Positions 52,014 through 60,000 of a stretch of 60,000 bases of DNA are shown piece by piece (within the stretch, counting starts at the first letter, position 1; each line of letters opens with the position of its first letter). Source of the stretch: Camelus ferus (Eukaryota); the NCBI RefSeq assembly GCF_009834535.1, contig NC_045696.1, forward strand, positions 5,148,001-5,208,000. Reading direction: 5' to 3'. The notes beneath the pieces are model-generated. The model was not told the DNA's origin. It saw nothing but the letters and a program-made list of their open reading frames with translations, and searched no databases. The translations under genes were made by a program, and so were the position numbers.

Positions 52014-53111
52014 TATGTTAAGAAACCTTAGGTGTGTAAAGATGTGGCCATTCTATTTCTCCAAAACTGAACTCAACCTATATTTCAGTTGATGATTAAA
52101 AATAAAAACTTAATTCAAGGAAATTGATCAGGTTCAGTTTAGAGCTCAGCCTGTTGCAGGGGGGTCCCTCCTGTCCCTCCTCTTGTCCCTGTCTTTGTGA
52201 CAATCTAAGTTCTGGGAGAGGGTGCGCTTTAAGGAACACACACATTACTCAGGACAGGCTGCCTGGGGCGGGGGCTGGCCTCTTGCCTCTGCCTCAGTCC
52301 CAGCGATGCAGCCCTCGTGGTCTTAGGGAATTTCATGCCAACAGCCACGGCTAAGGTCTGCGGTCCCTGCCCTGGCAGCTCTGCCCCCTGTTCTGGCCGT
52401 ATGGGCACTTAGTCCGCCTGGAGGCTGGCTCCCCACTGGGACGTGCGGGACCTGGAGACCGCCTTGCGACCTGCCTGGCTAAACACCTCCCTCAACCTTA
52501 GGTCACCTGCTACCCCGGGGCCAGATGCTCTGGCCCATCCTAAGAGGCATGCAGTGTTCCCAAACTGTGCTTCTGGGGCTCCTCAAACTGCTGCAGAATT
52601 CTTGCCTTTTTTGAGTGTTAACTCCAGGAGGAAGCAGAGTATAGGATGGAGGCCTTCACAGAAGCCTACCAACAGCTCTGTTCCAACTTTGTTGCCTCCT
52701 AAGCACCCTGCTTGTTGAAAGCTTCTTTCACTCTGCAAGGAGTCGAAAAGCTGCCACTGCCTTGTGTTCCGTGTCTTCTCCCGGACTCTGCCTTATTTTA
52801 TACTCTTTGTGCTCAGCCATCAAAGCTTTCTCTCTGAAATTCACAGATCCTTTTGTCCTTCAACAAAGCCCAGTTCTTGTCAATCAAAAACCCCTTGATT
52901 TTTCAGACTGTTATCTTTACAGTGGCTTTCAAGAGTCAGTTTTGGAACCCGTAGCCCAGAATCTGGCTTTTGTTCTAGACGTTATCATCCCTTCCCCTTG
53001 AGATCTGGGAGACAGCAAGATGCCTGAACTTTTGTGGAAAGATAGGAGGAAATGGGAAAAACATAAAAACGATGGTTTGCCGCAGTGGTTGTGTATAACG
53101 TGCTGTGAGGA

Positions 53112-53560
53112 CGTAGTGAGCAAATTATGTTTCCCCCCAAATATGTCAAAGGGTGGTGAATCGGTACCTGTCAACGTGACCTTATTTCAAAACAGACTCT
53201 TTGCAGCTGCAAGCAAATTAAGATGAAGTCATATTCGATCAGGGTGGGCTCTGCTCCAACATGAGCGGTATCCTTATAAGAGAAAAGATACACACGCAGA
53301 GGGCAAACAGCCACGTGGTGCGGGAGATCGAGGTGGGGTGACGCATCTACAAACCAAGGAACACAAGGGATTCTCAAAACCATCAAAAACCAGGAAGAGA
53401 CAAGGAACAGATTCTCTCTACAGCCTTCAGAGGGAGCCTGCCCCTGCCAACACCTTGATTTCACAATTCTCATCTCCAGAACCATGAGAGAATAAATCCC
53501 TATTGTTCTAAGCCACTCAGTTGGTGTAACTTGTCATGGCAGCCCCAGGACACTAATGCA
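53112..53560 (+). mobile_element. MaLR LTR (MLT1C-like)
   Basis: gtgaccttatttcaaaacag...ccctgccaacaccttgattt...gagagaataaat...ggcagccccaggacactaatgca. Confidence 0.85.
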
Positions 53561-53967
53561 GACAGCTGGACGAGGTCCATTAAATGACAGCCCATCCACC
53601 TTTCTTCCAAAATCCATGGGCATCCCAGCTATCATCCTTCAGAGGCAAGGTGGGTGAACATCCAGTCTGTCTTGATTTGAGCAAGAAAGAGATTTTGTTG
53701 GCTCAGGCAGAAATTGGGGGACGAGATCCGATCAGCTTCAGGAGCGGCTGGATACAGCTGCTTGCACAGTGTTACTGTCAGCCTGCAGCTCCATCTCTTC
53801 ATCTTCTGTCCTTCACCCTTTAGAAGTCATCCTTTCCTCTTGGGCTGCTGATCCCACCCTTTAGTTCCTTCTTTGCTGTTGTCTCCTGAAAATTATCCTT
53901 CGTCTTTCTCTGTTCAGCCCATCAATCCACCATGTAATCAGTTTTCATCCTGAAAGCTCATTCGGAG

Positions 53968-54215
53968 GAGGCAGTGTGCACAGCGGTGAGGAGCAGAGGT
54001 TGTTGGCAGTCTCTCTGCCTCGTTAAGCTCTGTGTTCTTGAGCAAGTTATGAACCTCTCGGTTCTTCATTTGTAAGATGGAGATGATCAAAGTGACGAGC
54101 TTACGGTGTTGCTCTGAGAATTAAGTGAGCTGGAAGACACTCAGTGAACGCAGTTCAGTGAGTCAGTGTACGCTAAAGGCGGCGAGCAGGGCCTGATGCA
54201 TAGTGAGGCCATATT
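53968..54215 (+). mobile_element. MIR SINE
   Basis: ctgtgttcttgagcaagttatgaacctctcggttcttcatttgtaagatggagatgat. Confidence 0.75.
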
Positions 54216-54827
54216 GGTGTCCCTCTTCGTAGAAGTGGTGGTGTATTAGGCAAAGTCCTTTTCATTCAACAGCAAAACATTTCAAAGCAAGCCTGTGACA
54301 GAGTTGCCGTCCGCAGAAGTCATACAGATGAGGACAGTGAAGCTCAGAGGGGTTTACTATCCTGTCCAAGGCCACCACGTTGGCCAGGATGGTGGCCAAG
54401 ACTCCAAAACAGGTTTTCCATTTCCAAGTGTGGAGATTTGTCACTACATGTTTGATCTCTTCCTTACCTTCGGCTTTTTCTCCTGTCAACCAGAACACCC
54501 ACGTGTCCCTTGTCCTAAAAGTATCCTCCTTGCTGGGACCTGATTGTCCCCTGAGGGCGCTAAGTCTTCTGTTGTCTGTCTTCACTTGTATTGACTAGGC
54601 TGCCTTAGAAAGTAGGAGGCTGACACGCCACAGCCCGTGCTTCCCGTCCTTGCTTCCTTCATGACCCTTTACAGTCTTGTTTTCTCTCTGGTCTTCTCCC
54701 CAAGATGCTCTCTTGCATGTCAGATGGAATGGCCTTCCTCAGGCCCAGCCTTCCTGACTCGAGAGAAGGGGGCCGGCTGCCCATCAGCTCTCCCTTGGAA
54801 TCCAGTCCCTCCCTTGGCTCCCCCAGG

Positions 54828-55205
54828 GTCCTGGTCCACACAGGCTGCTGTAGTGAAATATCACCGGCCGGGGCCTTAGCAGCAGCCACTTACTCCTCAT
54901 GGTGCTGGAGGCCGGGAGGCCCAGAGCAGGTGCCCATGGACTCAGTTCTTGATGAGGCCTCTCTTCCTGGCTTGTGGACGGCAGCCTCCTTGCTGGGTCC
55001 TCCCGTGGCCTTTCCTCGGTGGGTGCACACAGGCTGGGTCTCCTCCTCCTCCTCCTAGCATGCTAGCCCATCGCCGGGGCTCCTCCCCCATGACCTCAAT
55101 GAAACCTAATTACCTCCCAAAGTCCCCACCTCCAAATGCCATTGTATTGGAAGTAAGGGCTTCAGTATATGATCTGGGGGGACATGGACATTCAGTCTAT
55201 GATGC
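54828..55205 (-). mobile_element. MaLR LTR (MLT1A0-like)
   Basis: cctctcttcctggcttgtggacggc...cctaattacctcccaaagtccccacctccaaatgccatt...ggggggacatggacattcagtc. Confidence 0.8.
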
Positions 55206-55959
55206 TGGGTTCTGCACCTCTCCTCTGCGATCTGGGATTTTGAAGGGTTGTGTGGTGTGTGTGCCTTTTGTTCCCTCACTGGCCCTGTGGCCTCCCCAGC
55301 TGGTATCAGAGGCTGCCATTTCTCCAAAGTCATCAGGTCAACTGGAAAGAAATAGGAAAGATGTCAAGTTCTTCATATCTGAGGATTTTTTCCCTCTTTT
55401 TTAAAGCTGTAGCCCAAGGAAAAGATAATAAGATTTTTTGAAATACTTGCTTCTCCTAAAAGGGAAAAATACTCTCTTTAGACCAGAAGAGAAAAAGGAA
55501 AAAGGGAAGAATTAGATGCATGCAAGGTCTCTGAGAAGAAGCCATGAACTCAGCCCAGGACAAGCCCCAAGGGGAGGAGGCAGAAACACCTCTGGTATGT
55601 TTGAAGACCCAAGAGTCGAGGACCTGGGGGTCCCTGGGCACCAAGCAGACATCTGCAGGGGATGCTGAAGCCAAGGGCACAAAGTGGCCTCAGAGAGACC
55701 CCAACCCCTGAGAGAGGGCAGGAGGATCAAATGTGGGAGGAGAGGGTCGCCGTCCTGAGCGGGGCATGGGGCAGAGAAGCACCAGCAGAACTTGACCTTG
55801 AACACTGCAGAGGAGGCCGTGTGTACGGACGGCCAGAGGCCAACTCCTCCCCTGCACAACTGCCACCATGCTGGTCTCCAGAGTGAATGTTCCCCCTTCT
55901 GAAGAGTTGAATTAGGGAGATTATGTTTCTGCTCCTTGAAGAAACGGGCCACCGGGGAG

Positions 55960-56620
55960 TAATTAAGTTCTATGACCCACGCGTTGACTCGTGCGGCTCT
56001 GGAAGCTGATTAAACAGTCCCCGCAGGGCCGTGGCCTCTGTGTCTGGGGCTGGGGCTTGAGGTCCCCAAGGAGGCGGGGGGAAGGAAGGATGGGCATGAG
56101 CCCAGGGGGAGGAGGACAGCGGGACCACGACTGGAGCAGGAGTCCGTCGGCCAGACGGGACCTGCCTGGGTGTCCGCTGAGCACGGACGCTCTGCCTCGC
56201 CGGGGAGGGAGCACCCCGCCCGCAGGGCTGAGGGGCCCATCCAGCGCGCAGCGCCTGACGCCGGACAGTGGGACGGCTGCGGCGCATCGGTCACACCCAC
56301 GCCCCCCCGGGGAGGAGGGCACACGCGCCGCGGAGGGCCGCGTTGGGGTTACTCTCGGGAGCGGGGTGAGCCCCGGGGTGGAGGGAGGAGGCTCTGCAGG
56401 ATCACCAGGCAGAGTTCCCCCGGGAGGCCATGGAGGGTCGGCCTGGATAGTCCGGCAGCCTGGCAGACAGCTGAAGGCTCAGCGTGCCCTGCACCCGGTC
56501 CCCACGACGGGACAGCGGTTTAGCCAGGGGACTGCATCCGCAGGAGACCACGGGAGGCCCTCCTGTGTTTCCCCAGTGGCGAGGGCACAGGTAACTTAGA
56601 CCTTACCCCAATCTCTTGCA
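55960..56620. promoter_or_regulatory. CpG-rich island with no associated gene in the window
   Basis: Visibly high GC and CpG density (ccagcgcgcagcgcctgacgccgg, gcacacgcgccgcggagggccgcg); not computed. Confidence 0.45.
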
Positions 56621-57699
56621 CCTCCGAACTTCCCACTTCCATGACAGGCATGCGGGGTGTTTTGCCAGAGAAGCTGGTGTTCTTTGTCACAGAGCTAAGC
56701 CTGCGTCCCCACCCCCAGGCGTCGGAGAAGCAGAGCCCACACCTGGTGGGGGCCGGCCCGGCTGCGCCACCCAGACGAGCCAGCACACGAGGACCATGGG
56801 TGCAGCCTCGCACCTGGACCCTGGGCATCAACTCCCGAGGTCTGAAGGACCGTGGCTGCTGCTTCTCCATCACCTTCCAAACCTCAGGCAAATGCCCCGT
56901 GGCCCCCCCAACCCAGTCCTACGCAAGGAAGGGGATGCTGGGAAAAGCAGGTCCAGCTTGGCCAAGTCTGCACGGTGAAGCCACCACACAGTGCCCCCTC
57001 CAAGCCCAGAGCAAGTTCTGTTTCCTCCAGGGGGAGGCCTTCCCGACTGTCTCAGCTGAAAATGGTCCCCTTCTCCTCTGAACTTCCAAACAGCCTGCCC
57101 CTGTGAGCGTGCTCCCCGTTCTGTGCGAGGTGACTATCTGTGATTGCCTGCCCGCTCCCCTACTGATGGTAAGTGTTGGCCGAGTCTTGCCACGTGTCAC
57201 CCCTAATCCTCCCAAAACAAGCATGAGCATTCCCATTTTCCAGGCGAAGAAACACAACGCAGACAAGGCGAGAAACTCGCCTTCGGTGGTGTAAGCAGGA
57301 GGTGGCGGCGATGCTGAGACCCGCACCCGGACTTCTCCGATCCTGCCCGCAGCCCCCTCGTCCGGCTCTCAGCCGCCTGCGGGGCGAGACCGTGCTCTGT
57401 CTGCGTAAGCTCGTGGCAGCTAGTTCTGTAGCTTGGACAGGATAAGGACGCCCTTTGGATCCAGGCAAAAGTTTTCCTGTGTGCGAAGCAAAGACCCATT
57501 TTTATAGGGACCAGAATTGCATTTGGCAAATCCTCACATCACTGCGCGGTTGTCGTTGGTCGACCCTCTCTATTTACATGGCCTCAGACTATTCTGATGA
57601 CGTCCGCACGTGTTGGGTCTGGGCACTCCGGCCAGGCCTCAGGCTCCTGGCACCATGATCTGGGCACACGGCCCCTTGTCGGATGTGCTAACCAGCCCC

Positions 57700-57825
57700 C
57701 GAAGCAGGGGTTACTACCCCCATCTTACCTGTGGGGAAACTGAGGCTGGCAGACACTCACTTGCCCAAAGGCACAGATTATAAAGACTAGGAGCTGAGAT
57801 GTCAAGCAGCCAGAGCCTCTCGTCT
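57700..57825 (-). mobile_element. MIR SINE fragment
   Basis: ccccatcttacctgtggggaaactgaggctggcag...cacttgcccaaaggcacag. Confidence 0.7.
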
Positions 57826-60000
57826 CCCTCCCGTCAGCCTTGTCTCCTCCAGACACCTCAGCCCCCACCCTCAGTGGCTCTAGACGCAGTCTGCTCCAGA
57901 CTCAACCGCCTCCATTTCTGGCCCTTCCCGCTCCCCCGCCGCGCCTGCAGGAGCCCATCTCATCGTCTGCGTGAGCGACAGGTGTTCTTTCTCCCAGCAA
58001 GGCGGCGCTCCCAACCAGCCTCTTTGACCCCAGTCGTGCCCCCTCCAGTCTCTCCTTCATATTCCTAAAAACCCATCCTCCTGAAACGGAAGTATGATCA
58101 AATAGCTCTCCCACTTACATTTTCAGTGACTTCCCGCTGCCCCTGGACATGATCCTCGAGGCCGTCTGACGGCCGGCACCTGCCGAGGCTCAGCTCCCCA
58201 CCCCCCAGCTTGTGTCAGCGACTCCACAGCTCTCCTGTCCCTCCATGGATTTCATATGGATTTCGCTGAGGGAGGAAGCAGGACTGGTGCCCTCGGGAAG
58301 CACTGCTCCGTCTTCAGTCTGGGAGGATGTGCAGCTTGTCTCCTGGCTGCATAGCCAGGCCACCCGCAGACACAGCCCCGCCGGTCAACGAGTGTCAACA
58401 AAGTCTTTTTTGTTGTTATTTTCCTGAAAGTTTTAAAGGTTTGTTATCAGAAGGAAACAAACGTGATGCTGTGACCAGTCTGAAGACCCTGCTCCTAAGC
58501 GGGACGTCCCCTCACGGAGGTGAGCGCGGCTGGGCTCAGCTACAGCGTCGCCGCTGACGGGTCACGACTGTCACGTGACAGTTCAGGCTGGTGTTTTCGG
58601 TATTTTCAGCCTTAGGACACATCTGTGTTGAGGCCCAAATGAGCAATTTGTGAAAGATTTAGATTTGGCCAAATGCCTCCAGTTTAATGAGGATTTTTTT
58701 TTAATGTTTTTACTATTTTTTCCCCCTTTTCACCTTGGAACTTGGCTTAAGCCCTCCTAAAGGCTGGCTTGCCTTCTGTTTTCTCCTCCAGGTGCTCAGT
58801 ACTCTGTCCTCCACAGTCAAGCTGACCCGACCCTCACACTAGACTCACCGCAGAGGCACAGCTCACAGCATCCTGAGCGCAGTGAGAGGCCCCTGGGACA
58901 CCACACCCACCTGTTCCTTCCTCAAACTCAAGCGAGGAGTGAGTGTAAATCCACAGTGGTCAACGAGAATGCCGTTGTGGAAACCGTGTGAAATACTCGG
59001 ACAAAAATTAGCGACAGTGAAAAATAAGAATCCAAGTAATGGTACACGTGAAAAAATTGCATTTACAACTGCCAGGTTACCATCGGCATCGCTATTTTGA
59101 TGTTGCATCACATGGGGCAACGCAGTTTTTTAGTTTATTATACAAAGGTCACCATAAGCGACTTTAAGGAAGTGGGCACCAAACCATGAGACAGCAACAG
59201 CGGTCCTTGTCCCCTCCCCTTCCACGGGGCTCTGCAGGCTGGGGAGCTCTGACCCTTGAGCCCCATGTCCCCTCTGATGTGCACAGAATGACGGGTGGCA
59301 TTGTGAAGACACTGTGAGATCAGGTGAGTTGACCAAAGTCACTGCTGCTCACAAGCAACCAAGTAGAGATCGGAACCCATGTCCGGCTGACTCTATTATT
59401 GCTTTCATCTGCTCAGACACCGGAAGGGATCACAGATTCCAGCCGCTGAGGTAACAAGGAGAAAACAAGAGCCATCCTCGGGAAGGAGCAAACACTGCAG
59501 CCTGGGGACTGCGCGGTCGGGGCCGGGGGGAGACTGCACTTCTGGTTACTTTAGGGACCGCTGCCTTAGCACAAATGTTGCAGGAGTTAAATTCATGAAA
59601 CTCTGTATTTTAAAGTCAGTACCTTAAGTAAGAATTCCTGAATGGATGAGGGCTTTGCTGCTGTTTTATTTTAATCAGCCAAAATGCGAGTAGTTGCCCA
59701 TCCAATGCAGTTCAGTGAAGGACAGAAAGAGACGCAGGGACATCACGGGAGCAGATGAGGGGAAAAGAGAGTCAAGCAAGAATGGGAAAGAGATGGTCGC
59801 TCAGGTCTCCCCAGCCCTTCGGGGAGAACTGATTCGCACTCAGCACCAGAATCAGACTCTCCTTGCGACCACAGAGGGGCGCTGGTCTCACACACGTTAT
59901 CGCTGACGTCTCCTGCGTATTAAGCCACGCGCACTTTGCCGCAGTGCGCTTACGCTCTCTCTCAGCCATCTCCTTGGACGTCTCTGTGAGGCGCTGTTGA

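Noticed and set aside
55963..57326. Stacked 100-200 aa ORFs on both strands
   Set aside because: Expected from stop-codon scarcity in GC-rich DNA; no homology or exon structure recognised.
45933..60000. Exons of the expected neighbour PCP4 or another gene
   Set aside because: No matching peptide seen on either strand; the neighbour probably lies beyond the window.

Overview
Mammalian genomic DNA, most likely a camelid (alpaca, llama or camel), judging from a tRNA-Ala-derived vic-1-like SINE and the L1 3' end type. The + strand carries the last six coding exons of DSCAM (human numbering 28-33 from recall; 5905-40778). They encode almost the whole cytoplasmic tail (383 aa, DAKSLAEMLMS...[11 protein letters not shown]), all with GT-AG junctions and a continuous reading frame. 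A ~2 kb 3' UTR follows, with tandem poly(A) signals, CPE-like motifs and a Pumilio element. The rest is intronic or intergenic sequence rich in transposons: L1 fragments (one 2.4 kb copy with a target-site duplication, TSD), two ERV1-type solo LTRs with 4-bp TSDs, a decayed ERV-L provirus (integrase, dUTPase, LTR), MLT1 LTRs, MER3/MER5A/MER58A, MIR, L2 and L3. I found no other host protein-coding gene and no convincing new multi-gene system. The best leads are RNA-level and remain hypotheses: symmetric in-frame exons 30-32 bracketed by inverted L1 ends (possible stop-free circRNA), the repeated CPE-hexamer layout of the 3' UTR, and a SINE that keeps Pol III signals. Repeat family names come from recognition of consensus sequences, not a search.
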